Positions 46,201 to 55,125 of a stretch of 64,000 bases of DNA are shown piece after piece. Position 1 is the stretch's first letter, and each line of letters starts with the position of its first letter. The translations under genes and the position numbers were made by a program. The notes below the pieces were generated by a model. It saw only the letters and a list, made by a program, of their open reading frames with translations. It did not search any database and was not told the origin of the DNA. Origin of the DNA: Phocaeicola sp. (GTDB lineage Bacteria; Bacteroidota; Bacteroidia; Bacteroidales; Bacteroidaceae). Where the stretch lies: positions 30,993 to 94,992 of the forward strand of contig JBOFFJ010000183.1 of assembly GCA_051648565.1 (NCBI GenBank), read 5' to 3'.

Positions 46201-47475
46201 ATGGATATGAATTTAATAATAGCAAGCATTGGGGTATTTCTCGGAATTGTTCTGTTGCTTGTGGTAATTTTGCTAGTAGCCAAGAACTTCTTGACTCCTA
46301 GTGGCAATGTAAAACTGACCATCAACGGCGATAAAGTGCTCGATGTGGAACAAGGAGCTACACTGCTTAATACCCTTTCGGTGAATGGCATCTACTTGTC
46401 ATCGGCTTGTGGGGGTAAAGGTTCTTGTGCACAGTGTAAGTGTCAGGTTATTGAAGGGGGTGGCGAAATCCTTCCTTCTGAAAAGGGACACTTCTCACGC
46501 AAAGAGCAACAAGACAACTGGCGCTTGGGTTGCCAAGTAAAGATTAAAGGCGACCAATCTATCAAAATAGACGAATCGGTGATGGGTGTGAAAGAGTGGG
46601 AGTGTACCGTTATTAGCAATAAGAACGTGGCTACTTTCATCAAGGAGTTTATTGTAGAGCTTCCCAAAGGCGAACACATGGACTTCCTTCCTGGATCGTA
46701 TGCACAAATCAAGATTCCTGCGTATGATATGGATTACGACAAGGATATCGATAAAGATTTGATTGGCGAAGAGTACTTGAAAGCATGGCAAGACTTCGGT
46801 CTACTAGGCTTGAAATGTAAAAATACAGAGGAGACCATTCGTGCCTACTCCATGGCTAACTACCCTGCCGAAGGCGACCGTATTATGTTGACTGTACGTA
46901 TTGCTACACCTCCTTTCAAACCTAGAGAGCAAGGTCCTGGCTTTATGGATGTACCTGCGGGTATTGCCTCTTCGTATATCTTTACCCTTAAACCCGGTGA
47001 TAAAGTAACGATGAGTGGTCCTTATGGTGATTTCCACCCTATTATGGATTCAGGTAGAGAGATGATGTGGGTAGGTGGTGGAGCCGGTATGGCGCCTCTA
47101 CGTGCACAAATCATGCACTTAACCAAAACAGTTGGCTTGAAGAATCGTAAAATGACTTACTTCTATGGTGCACGTGCCTTGAATGAGGTATTCTATTTGG
47201 AAGATTTCTTGGCTATTGAGAAGGAGTTCCCGAACTTTACCTTCCACTTAGCGCTTGACCGTCCAGACCCTGCAGCTGATGCTGCTGGTGTGAAGTACAC
47301 GGCTGGTTTTGTACACCAAGTAATTGAGCAAACTTATTTGAAGGATCACGAAGCTCCCGAAGATATTGAGTACTACATGTGTGGTCCTGGCCCTATGTCG
47401 GATGCTGTGAAACGCATGCTTGATAGCCTAGGTGTAGAGCCTAACATGATTCACTTTGATGATTTCGGTTCGTAA
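46201..47475 (+). CDS. nqrF: Na+-NQR subunit F
   Basis: 2Fe-2S motif SACGGKGSCAQC...RLGCQ, RAYSMAN, GGGAGMAP, YMCGP, DDFG. Confidence 0.97.
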   Translation: MDMNLIIASIGVFLGIVLLLVVILLVAKNFLTPSGNVKLTINGDKVLDVEQGATLLNTLSVNGIYLSSACGGKGSCAQCKCQVIEGGGEILPSEKGHFSRKEQQDNWRLGCQVKIKGDQSIKIDESVMGVKEWECTVISNKNVATFIKEFIVELPKGEHMDFLPGSYAQIKIPAYDMDYDKDIDKDLIGEEYLKAWQDFGLLGLKCKNTEETIRAYSMANYPAEGDRIMLTVRIATPPFKPREQGPGFMDVPAGIASSYIFTLKPGDKVTMSGPYGDFHPIMDSGREMMWVGGGAGMAPLRAQIMHLTKTVGLKNRKMTYFYGARALNEVFYLEDFLAIEKEFPNFTFHLALDRPDPAADAAGVKYTAGFVHQVIEQTYLKDHEAPEDIEYYMCGPGPMSDAVKRMLDSLGVEPNMIHFDDFGS

Positions 47476-47506
47476 GTAACCCTCTTCCTTCAATTTGAAG
47501 ATCGAT

Positions 47507-47560
47507 AAAATAAATGCTCCCCAGCAAACTATTGCAGTTTGCTGGGGAGCATTTTATTTT
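47507..47560 (+). terminator. Intrinsic terminator of the nqr operon
   Basis: AAATGCTCCCCAGCAAACT-ATTGC-AGTTTGCTGGGGAGCATTT then TATTTT. Confidence 0.85.
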
Positions 47561-47880
47561 AGGAGCTACCTCTATTAAGGTTGTGCTACTGGCTGGAATA
47601 TTAGTAGTCGCTGCAAACTCTATGGGTATAGCTTGTTATACCTCCAATTTTAGTTACCTGAAAAATGGTTTCAGTTGATGTAACTCCCTGTGCAGCAGGT
47701 TGTATGGCTGAAAGTAAACGATTAGAACAAAGAGCACTTGTTGGAGAATAGAAGCTGTTCCTTGTAAACCAATGGCAGAGAGAGTATGGTTGTTAAGTTA
47801 ACTTAGCCTTGAAGATGAATCATTCACCTGCAAAAAAGCCCCATTTCATCGAAGAAGTCCATCCTCAATGTACCCACCTC

Positions 47881-47954
47881 TTGACCGCGCCACCTAGGTG
47901 CCCCACCCGGACCACCTAGGTGGCACAGGTGGGGCACCTAGGTGGCGCGGTTAA
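47881..47954. repeat. Nested palindrome: 27-bp arms (1 mismatch) holding three CACCTAGGTG cores at 22-bp period
   Basis: TTGACCGCGCCACCTAGGTGCCCCACC-CGGACCACCTAGGTGGCACA-GGTGGGGCACCTAGGTGGCGCGGTTAA; cores at 47891, 47913, 47935. Confidence 0.9.
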
Positions 47955-48161
47955 AGGGTGAGGAGCTTTGTGTTTACTTTCTTAGACATTTTAAGCAAGG
48001 GGATGGAACTCTCTTGTGTGTTACCTATGAAATATATGTGCTGCGCTGATTCATAGAAATATTCTATGAATTTGGGTGAATGTTTAGTGGACAACAATAA
48101 TTTATTTTCTATCTTTGGCAACTGATTAACTAAATCTATCTGTATTAATTAAAGAATCTTT

Positions 48162-49256
48162 ATGGAAAACGCCAAATTGAACGAAATTGTATCCCACTTT
48201 ACCATCCAAGGAGCTGTAAGCGAGATTAAACCACTTGGAGCAGGTCTTATTAATGATACTTTCATTGTAAAAACAATAGAAACGATAACACCCGATTATG
48301 TATTACAACGCATTAACAATACCATCTTTCAAGATGTAGAGATGTTGATGAACAATATTGAGGCAGTTACTACACATATTCGCACGAAACTTAAACAAGC
48401 AGGTGAGTCAACAGGAAAGACTACCCTTTGTTTTATTCCCACAAAAAGTGATGAAAAACTTTATTTTGTAGCCGATGATAAGAGTTACTGGCGCATTATG
48501 GAGTTTATTCCCAATGCTGTAACGAAGGAGGCAGTAAATCCCGAATCATCTTATGCAGCAGGAGAATCTTTTGGAGAGTTTCAAGCCATGCTAACCGATA
48601 TTCCTGCTCAGTTAGGTGAAATTATTCCTGATTTCCACAATATGGAATTCCGTTTAAAACAACTTCGTGAAGCGGTGGCAGCTAATAAAGTGGGTCGGTT
48701 GGCTGAAGTACAATTCTTTATCGATGAGATTGAAAAGCGGGCAGACGAGATGTGTAAAGCAGAGCGTTTAGGACGTGAGGGGCTTCTACCTAAACGTGTT
48801 TGTCATTGTGATACAAAGGTAAATAACATGATGTTCGATCAAAATGACAACGTACTTTGCATCATTGATCTTGATACCATTATGCCTAGCTTTATCTTCT
48901 CTGATTACGGAGACTTCTTACGTACCGGTGCCAATACCGGCGAAGAGGATGATGAGAATTTGGAGAACGTAAGCTTTAATCTTCCTATTTTTGAGGCTTT
49001 CACCAAAGGTTATTTAAAAGGAGCAGCTTCTTTCCTTACTCCCATTGAAATTGAGAACCTTCCTTATGCAGCAGCACTCTTTCCCTATATGCAGTGTGTG
49101 CGCTTCTTGGCCGATTATATCAATGGTGACACATACTACAAAATTAAATACCCTGAGCATAACTTAGTACGTACGAAGGCCCAGTTTAAACTTTTACAAA
49201 GTGTAGAAGAGAATACTGCTTATATGCAAGAATTTATTAAGAGCTGTTTGGCTTAA
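48162..49256 (+). CDS. APH-fold sugar kinase, N-acetylhexosamine 1-kinase (NahK)/AmgK-like
   Basis: G.GLINDT, YVLQRIN..IF, HCDTKVNN, IDLDT.M, D.GD.LR; -7 TATCTTTG at 48110. Confidence 0.75.
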   Translation: MENAKLNEIVSHFTIQGAVSEIKPLGAGLINDTFIVKTIETITPDYVLQRINNTIFQDVEMLMNNIEAVTTHIRTKLKQAGESTGKTTLCFIPTKSDEKLYFVADDKSYWRIMEFIPNAVTKEAVNPESSYAAGESFGEFQAMLTDIPAQLGEIIPDFHNMEFRLKQLREAVAANKVGRLAEVQFFIDEIEKRADEMCKAERLGREGLLPKRVCHCDTKVNNMMFDQNDNVLCIIDLDTIMPSFIFSDYGDFLRTGANTGEEDDENLENVSFNLPIFEAFTKGYLKGAASFLTPIEIENLPYAAALFPYMQCVRFLADYINGDTYYKIKYPEHNLVRTKAQFKLLQSVEENTAYMQEFIKSCLA

Positions 49257-49269
49257 AATAACTTAGCAT

Positions 49270-49334
49270 AACATGTTGAAAGTCGTATGGTTGGGGCTAC
49301 CTGAGGTGGAACACTATGCGACTTTCAGCATGTT
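49270..49334 (+). terminator. Long hairpin with inner stem-loop after the kinase gene
   Basis: AACATGTTGAAAGTCGTAT...ATGCGACTTTCAGCATGTT with two G-U-type covariations; inner CTACC-TGA-GGTGG. Confidence 0.55.
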
Positions 49335-49457
49335 TAATCCTTATCTATTCGGTAAATTTAAATAGAAACTCTTCCATCTCATTTTTCTGATTTACTTTAC
49401 AACCCCTCATTTTCACTCTCTTTCTTCTTTATCGATTCTACCTCCTCTGATTTACTT

Positions 49458-50030
49458 ATGAAAAAAATAATTGAGACTCTAAAATTTCACCATCCTACTA
49501 TATCCGACCAGGCTATTGCTGAACTTACTCGATGCCTAATTCCGTGTTGTTTCCCTCGAAGATATCAATTGATTAAAGAGGGGAGCTTTTGTAAGGCAGC
49601 CTATTTTATAGAGAGAGGCATTACGCGATCTTTCTGGTTGGTAGATGGAGAGGAGATTACCACCTCTTTTTCTACCGAAGGTGGAATTGTTTTTAGTATG
49701 GACGAACTCTATTTTGGCAAACTAAGTGAGGAGTTTGTAGAGACTATTGAAGAGGTAGAACTCTATAAAATATCACTTGATGATTTAAATAGATTACTTG
49801 ATACCAATTTAGATTTAGCCAATTGGTTTCGAAAAATACATCAATACGAATACAGACGTATTCACCAAACTCACAAAGAGCGTTTGACACTGACGGTTCA
49901 AGAGCGTTATCAGCAAATGAGAATTCAATTTCCCGAGGTATGCTCACGGGTGAATTTAGGCTTAATCGCTTCTTATATTGGTACCACGCTTCCCACATTA
50001 AGTAGAATAAGAAGTAACGGTGAGGAGTGA
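49458..50030 (+). CDS. Crp/Fnr family cNMP-binding transcriptional regulator
   Basis: cNMP-binding barrel (LIKEG.FC...YFI..G..R) and C-terminal HTH IASYIGTT..TLSRIR. Confidence 0.9.
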   Translation: MKKIIETLKFHHPTISDQAIAELTRCLIPCCFPRRYQLIKEGSFCKAAYFIERGITRSFWLVDGEEITTSFSTEGGIVFSMDELYFGKLSEEFVETIEEVELYKISLDDLNRLLDTNLDLANWFRKIHQYEYRRIHQTHKERLTLTVQERYQQMRIQFPEVCSRVNLGLIASYIGTTLPTLSRIRSNGEE

Positions 50031-50031
50031 T

Positions 50032-50047
50032 TTTGTCGTACGACAAA
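50032..50047. promoter_or_regulatory. Perfect 16-bp palindrome, candidate operator of the adjacent Crp/Fnr regulator
   Basis: TTTGTCGTACGACAAA immediately after the regulator stop and upstream of -7 TAATTTTG (50069). Confidence 0.65.
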
Positions 50048-50091
50048 CTTTTTGTTAAATTGATTCTCTAATTTTGCAAAAAATAATCACT

Positions 50092-51219
50092 ATGATAAAA
50101 AATTCTGTTTCTGCTTTCTCTGATTCAAAACCGCACTATCCTATTTTGGATGGATTGCGTGGAGTTGCTGCTATTTTGGTAGTGTGGTATCACCTATTTG
50201 AAGGGTATGCCACCAGTCGTTTCGACCAAATTATTAATCACGGTTATTTAGCTGTCGATTTCTTTTACATCCTCTCAGGTTTTGTAATTGCGTATGCTTA
50301 CAATAGTCGGTGGGATAAGTTAACTGTCAGTCATTTCTTGAATCGCCGTATGATACGCCTTCACCCCATGGTGATACTAGGTTCGTTAATTGGTGCGGCT
50401 ATCTTCTATACGCAAGGTTGTGAATGGTGGGATGTATCGACCGTACCCGTTGCTCATGTAATTATCTCGATGGTACTTGGTATGCTCTTAATACCTATTA
50501 CGAGTAGCTTTGATGTACGAGGATTGGGCGAAGCCTATCCATTGAATGGACCCGCTTGGTCACTTTTCTTTGAGTATATTGGTAATCTGTTTTATGCACT
50601 CTTTATACGGAAGTTCTCAACAAAGGTGCTTACTGTCTGGACTATCAATCTAGGCATGCTATTAGGCTATTTTGCCCTCTTTGGTGAACAAGGCGATGTA
50701 GCTTATGGTTGGAAATTTGATCAAGTTCACTTTCCACTTGGCCTACTCCGTATGCTTTTCCCTTTCTCTTTGGGCTTGCTTATGTTTAGAGTTGTTCGTG
50801 CAGGTAAGGTTAAGAACTCCTTCTGGATAGGTTCGGTTCTTTTAGCCATTGCTTTAGCTATGCCTCGTATTGGTGATGAAACGTCACTTTGGGCCAATGG
50901 TTTGTACGATATGGCACTTATTACTTTGCTTTTTCCGGCCATTGTCTACATGGGGATGAGCGATAAAATGACCAATCCAGTCGGAGTGAAATTGTGTAAG
51001 CTCTTAGGAGATATTTCATACCCCCTCTACATTGTTCACTACCCTTTTATCTATCTTTACATTGCATGGGTACAAAATAATAACTTGCCTTTCTCTCAAT
51101 CTTGGCCAGGAGCTTTGACTGTTTTATTCGGTTCTATGGCATTGGCATACCTATCACTTCGCTTTTACGATCTACCGGTTAGAAAGTATTTAATGGCTTT
51201 ACAAAAGAAGAGACCATAA
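50092..51219 (+). CDS. Membrane acyltransferase, acyltransferase-3 (OafA-like) family
   Basis: LDGLRGVAA..VV.YH, AVDFFYILSGFVI, R..RL.P, NGPAWSL..EY, LGDISYPLY.VH; start at MIKNS. Confidence 0.9.
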   Translation: MIKNSVSAFSDSKPHYPILDGLRGVAAILVVWYHLFEGYATSRFDQIINHGYLAVDFFYILSGFVIAYAYNSRWDKLTVSHFLNRRMIRLHPMVILGSLIGAAIFYTQGCEWWDVSTVPVAHVIISMVLGMLLIPITSSFDVRGLGEAYPLNGPAWSLFFEYIGNLFYALFIRKFSTKVLTVWTINLGMLLGYFALFGEQGDVAYGWKFDQVHFPLGLLRMLFPFSLGLLMFRVVRAGKVKNSFWIGSVLLAIALAMPRIGDETSLWANGLYDMALITLLFPAIVYMGMSDKMTNPVGVKLCKLLGDISYPLYIVHYPFIYLYIAWVQNNNLPFSQSWPGALTVLFGSMALAYLSLRFYDLPVRKYLMALQKKRP

Positions 51220-51318
51220 ACGCTCAAGAATGGGTTTTTCGATACAATTTTGGTGTTCCAATTATCTAATTGTAGTGAAGAAGTAGTTGTTTGACTGGTA
51301 TCACCCATTTGAAATAAT

Positions 51319-51358
51319 AAGCCCTGTCAATACTCTATAATAGAGCTTGATAGGGCTT
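51319..51358. terminator. Bidirectional terminator / REP-like hairpin between the convergent acyltransferase and GH123
   Basis: AAGCCCTGTCAA-N16-TTGATAGGGCTT with inner CTCTA-TAA-TAGAG. Confidence 0.7.
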
Positions 51359-51445
51359 TCTAGTAACTGTCTGGTTGTTTACTGTTTCTCTTTTTTAATT
51401 AGTAAGAATCTATTACTAGCTGAGTGGCATACGTTCTGATTTGAC

Positions 51446-53239
51446 TTAACGAATGGAATTGAGTAGCTGCTGCATTTGATTGACTTGTTTCTCGGCTCCT
51501 CCTTCGGGGAAGTTACCCAACTCGAACTGTGCAAGTCCCTCTTCAATTTTCTTTAAATCATTTAGGCGATTCTGCTCTTTCAGCTCCTTACGAAGTATTT
51601 GAATCTTTTCATATGCCTGAACTCCCTCTATAAACTTTTCAAATCGATTTGAGCTTCTCCCACCTGGGTAAACCATGTAGGTGTCACCGCCTGTCCACGT
51701 ACGAAAACGAGAATCAAGGAGTGGCTCTTTCACCCAACTATTGAATGCCCAACGTAGATAGCCATCCATTCCCTCTTTGGCACAATAGAGTGTAGTCCAG
51801 GGAGCCTCGGCTAGTTCAGATACGGTAAAGGTATTGGGCCTCTCTTCCGTGCAGCAGGTATAATAGGTGGTATGTTTTCCTTCGCTCTTTCTACGCTCAA
51901 GAACCCCTTCGGGATAGTTTTGTGCAATGGCAATGCTATAGTCATAGATTTCAGCATCAAGTTCGCTGTGGTAGTGACCTGCCAGTGAAACCTTTAAATC
52001 GGGTGATACTTTGCGAATAATGCTAAGTGCCTGCTGCATATCTCGCATCGGGCGTTCATCCATCGCAATGGTTGTTATATCAAACCAACCCTTTGCCTTT
52101 AGATGTTTTACGAATGAGTGAAGCATGGCTGTCCAAACTTCGTGATATTCAGGATCGCTTGGTTTCACCTTTAAGGCTTGTAAACGATTTGAAGCTTGGT
52201 CGAAATATTGGAAAGAGAGTGCCCAAGGAATCATGGAATAGCAATTGATTTGTTGATCAATCCCGCACTCCATCATAAACTCTACCCAGCGGTCAAATAC
52301 ATCGTACTCAAAGCTCCAACTGCCATCTAGCTTACGGGTCCAGTTGACCATACTCTCAAAGGGATCCTCTGTTTGTCCTCCCCACGGTTTGTGCATAATG
52401 GTTGTGGTAATTACCTTTTGGCCTGCTTGTGCCAATTGCATCATGGTAGGACGCATTGCATCGAGGTGCTCTTTGCTCCAAAGAGGCACTTGGTAATAAC
52501 GAGCTACTGCAAAGGGACTTTGCCACAAATCCAGGTGAATGGACCAATCGGCTGGTTTACCAATCGATCGGTTGAGTACCTTCACCGTGAATGGGAGCGT
52601 TTTAAATGCTTTCCCATCGAGTTTTACCTCAATTGCACCTTTGTAACTACCGGGTTTTGCATCGGTAGGTACCGTACATTTTACCCAAATAGGCTGAGTC
52701 ATCATCTCCGTAAGCTTTAATGCAGGTGTTAGATGATCAATCACATCGGCAACCAGTGAAGAATCGATTTTTGAATGATCGCGTGAAGCACAATTGTTTC
52801 CTTCAAGAAGTTGGTCGGTGAGCACATAGCGTAAAAAACCACCCGATAGCGAGGAGGCAGGAATCTCATTCGAGCCATTTCTTAGCGGAGTAAAACTAAA
52901 GCTGATTTCGCCTGCTTCTTGATTGCTCCAAAGAAGTAGTTGTGCATTGACACTCTCTCCTCGCCAGGCAGTGGCTTGTTGTGCTTGAAGTAATCCCTGG
53001 CTAGGCGTATTGTGTTTTGCATAGCGAAGGTTGGCGTTGGCCCAACTTATTTGTACTCCTTTCACCTTTTTCCACGCTTCAGGATCGGGTTGATTGTGAT
53101 CGGTGAGTTCTTGGTAGTCGTAAATAGGGTAGGGTGCCTGACCTGTTGTTCGCCCAAACTGTGTAATCCCCTCTTGGGCAAAGAGTAGGGAAGGGGCACC
53201 CAAAAGGATGAGTGAATAGAGGAATTTGTTTCTCTTCAT
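51446..53239 (-). CDS. DUF4091-containing glycoside hydrolase, GH123-like beta-N-acetylgalactosaminidase
   Basis: Signal peptide; HLDLWQ.P.AVARYY, AMDER, YYTCC, GYLRWAFNSW, GD..MVYPG, S.RFE. Confidence 0.8.
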   Translation of the reverse strand: MKRNKFLYSLILLGAPSLLFAQEGITQFGRTTGQAPYPIYDYQELTDHNQPDPEAWKKVKGVQISWANANLRYAKHNTPSQGLLQAQQATAWRGESVNAQLLLWSNQEAGEISFSFTPLRNGSNEIPASSLSGGFLRYVLTDQLLEGNNCASRDHSKIDSSLVADVIDHLTPALKLTEMMTQPIWVKCTVPTDAKPGSYKGAIEVKLDGKAFKTLPFTVKVLNRSIGKPADWSIHLDLWQSPFAVARYYQVPLWSKEHLDAMRPTMMQLAQAGQKVITTTIMHKPWGGQTEDPFESMVNWTRKLDGSWSFEYDVFDRWVEFMMECGIDQQINCYSMIPWALSFQYFDQASNRLQALKVKPSDPEYHEVWTAMLHSFVKHLKAKGWFDITTIAMDERPMRDMQQALSIIRKVSPDLKVSLAGHYHSELDAEIYDYSIAIAQNYPEGVLERRKSEGKHTTYYTCCTEERPNTFTVSELAEAPWTTLYCAKEGMDGYLRWAFNSWVKEPLLDSRFRTWTGGDTYMVYPGGRSSNRFEKFIEGVQAYEKIQILRKELKEQNRLNDLKKIEEGLAQFELGNFPEGGAEKQVNQMQQLLNSIR

Positions 53240-53412
53240 GGATGATTGATTTAAGGTAATGTGGATGTTTTTTTGATAGAGGTTTACTCAATTTTACCCC
53301 TCTCTTTGATCCGAAGATTGGTTGTGGATAAGTAACCTATACCTAGTCTGAATCTCTGTATAGTATAGGATTAAAAGAGATGCTTTTTTAGTATACTCTT
53401 ACTACTTAAGAG

Positions 53413-53456
53413 TTCATCGAGTCGGGTGTAGAATTCTCTACTCCTGACTCGATGAA
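53413..53456 (-). terminator. Hairpin downstream of the sialidase gene
   Basis: TTCATCGAGTCGGGTGTAGA-ATTC-TCTACTCCTGACTCGATGAA. Confidence 0.7.
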
Positions 53457-53467
53457 TGTAGCTTTTA

Positions 53468-55099
53468 CTATTTAAGAAGCTCCTCCAATTTTACTTGTTG
53501 GAAAGCCATTTGTGCTTGGCTACTTTCATAGAAAATACCAATCGTATTCTCGTCTACCGATGTGATGCATGAGTAGCCGAAACTACCGTATTGATCGAGT
53601 AGAATTTTCTTATCGTCTGCCCAACTCATTCCATCATCAAAGCTAACCTTGAGAGTCATGTGATCGCGACTGTTGTATGATTCAGGATTACAGAAGAGAA
53701 GAATTGATTTTTCCTCGCCTTTTACTGTGTAGGTATGTTTGTGGATACTTGCCATACAAGTTGGTTCAATAAGTGCATTGCGTGAAGTAGGGTGCTCAGT
53801 CCAACTCTCTCCTAAGTCCGATGTTACACAAATTCTACGGCCATTGTTCTCCTTTTTGCCATGGTTACGGTTATCGCGCATATTTAGCATGATGCTGCCG
53901 TCTGATAGCTCAACTGCCATACATTCTGTTGTATCGTGATAGGCAGCGTTACTGGTTACCCATGTTTTTCCTCCATCTTTGCTCCAGGTAATATTAGAAA
54001 ATGGAAGTCCATTTTTATCTCGTCCTTGCGTAGGAAATACCAATGTACCATCTTTTAGCGTGATACCATGTCCAGGTCCTGGTGCATACAACCACCACTC
54101 TGGGCGTTTGGTTTGTGCAGTAATGTTTACAGGCTCACTCCAAGTTGCGCCATCGTCTGTACTTTTAGTAATAATGAATTGCGAGGTTTCTTTAACACCT
54201 ACCCCTGGTTGCGAACCTTTGGCATGCCATTGATGAATCCATCGTGTGCTATCATTGGTTAACCCTTCTACCCATTTTCCCGTATTTCGATCGAGTATTC
54301 CGTGCATCCAGAGTCCTGCCACATAGATGTCACCTTTATTTTCATCTACCAATATGCAGGCATCGCTCACACCATTAAATTTTTCGGGAAGGCCACCCCA
54401 CTCTTTCATATCGAGCACTACTTGCATGGGTTCCCAACTCTCTCCACCATCAAAGCTACGATTGAGTGCAATATCCATGTGCCCCTGTAGGTCGCGTGAA
54501 CTTTCATACCGTGCATCATATACGGCAAGTAGTGTACCTTTTTTTGAGGTAGTAAGACCAGGTATGCGCGAGGTATTTACACCATCCTCTCCCAGCTTGC
54601 GTACAGCTACCCCTGGGCGCATAGCAATGGAAGTAGTGGGAGTCACAATCTTGGCTTTTCCTTGTGTCGTTTTTACACTCGAGCAAGTTAGATGTAGTCT
54701 GTTCGATAGTTTTACTTGCTCTTTGAGTTTAAGTGATACCCAAAGAATGGTTGTATCGGCCTTCAGTACCAATGGATTCTTAAAGACCACACTTTTAGCC
54801 GAAGCCTGCGGTTCAGTAAGTTGATTTTTACTCGATAAATACCCGCTTTGGGTTGCTCCATACAGCGTAATGCTCTCTATATCTAATAGCTCCGTTGTAC
54901 CTTTTAGGGAGTATTTGATCTCCTCTACGGTACAATCTTCTTTACCACTCTTAACGAGTTCTAGTTTTAAAACAGGGTTAATTTCTTTTTGCGTAAGTAC
55001 TGGAAGTACCGGTTGCTCTACCGTAACTTGTACTTGTGCAGGTAGGAGTGTATACCCCATTACTAGTGTACTTAAAAGAAGTTGAATTCGGTGTTTCAT
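53468..55099 (-). CDS. Exo-alpha-sialidase, GH33, with N-terminal accessory domain
   Basis: Signal peptide, (S)RIPG, YDAR...DLQ, Asp-boxes (SFDGGESW, STDDGATW, SKDGGKTW), TTEC, NMRDNR, GYSC. Confidence 0.92.
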   Translation of the reverse strand: MKHRIQLLLSTLVMGYTLLPAQVQVTVEQPVLPVLTQKEINPVLKLELVKSGKEDCTVEEIKYSLKGTTELLDIESITLYGATQSGYLSSKNQLTEPQASAKSVVFKNPLVLKADTTILWVSLKLKEQVKLSNRLHLTCSSVKTTQGKAKIVTPTTSIAMRPGVAVRKLGEDGVNTSRIPGLTTSKKGTLLAVYDARYESSRDLQGHMDIALNRSFDGGESWEPMQVVLDMKEWGGLPEKFNGVSDACILVDENKGDIYVAGLWMHGILDRNTGKWVEGLTNDSTRWIHQWHAKGSQPGVGVKETSQFIITKSTDDGATWSEPVNITAQTKRPEWWLYAPGPGHGITLKDGTLVFPTQGRDKNGLPFSNITWSKDGGKTWVTSNAAYHDTTECMAVELSDGSIMLNMRDNRNHGKKENNGRRICVTSDLGESWTEHPTSRNALIEPTCMASIHKHTYTVKGEEKSILLFCNPESYNSRDHMTLKVSFDDGMSWADDKKILLDQYGSFGYSCITSVDENTIGIFYESSQAQMAFQQVKLEELLK

Positions 55100-55125
55100 G
55101 TTTTTTTATCTTATTTGTGTTGAGA

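Noticed and set aside
47590-47790. Open reading on the - strand (…RLLSAIQPAAQGVTSTETIFQVTK…) as a pseudogene
   Set aside because: No start codon or recognisable homology; length is compatible with chance
53468-55099. GH33 has SRIP instead of FRIP, possibly inactive
   Set aside because: The catalytic Arg and all other catalytic residues appear present; variation at the first position is tolerated
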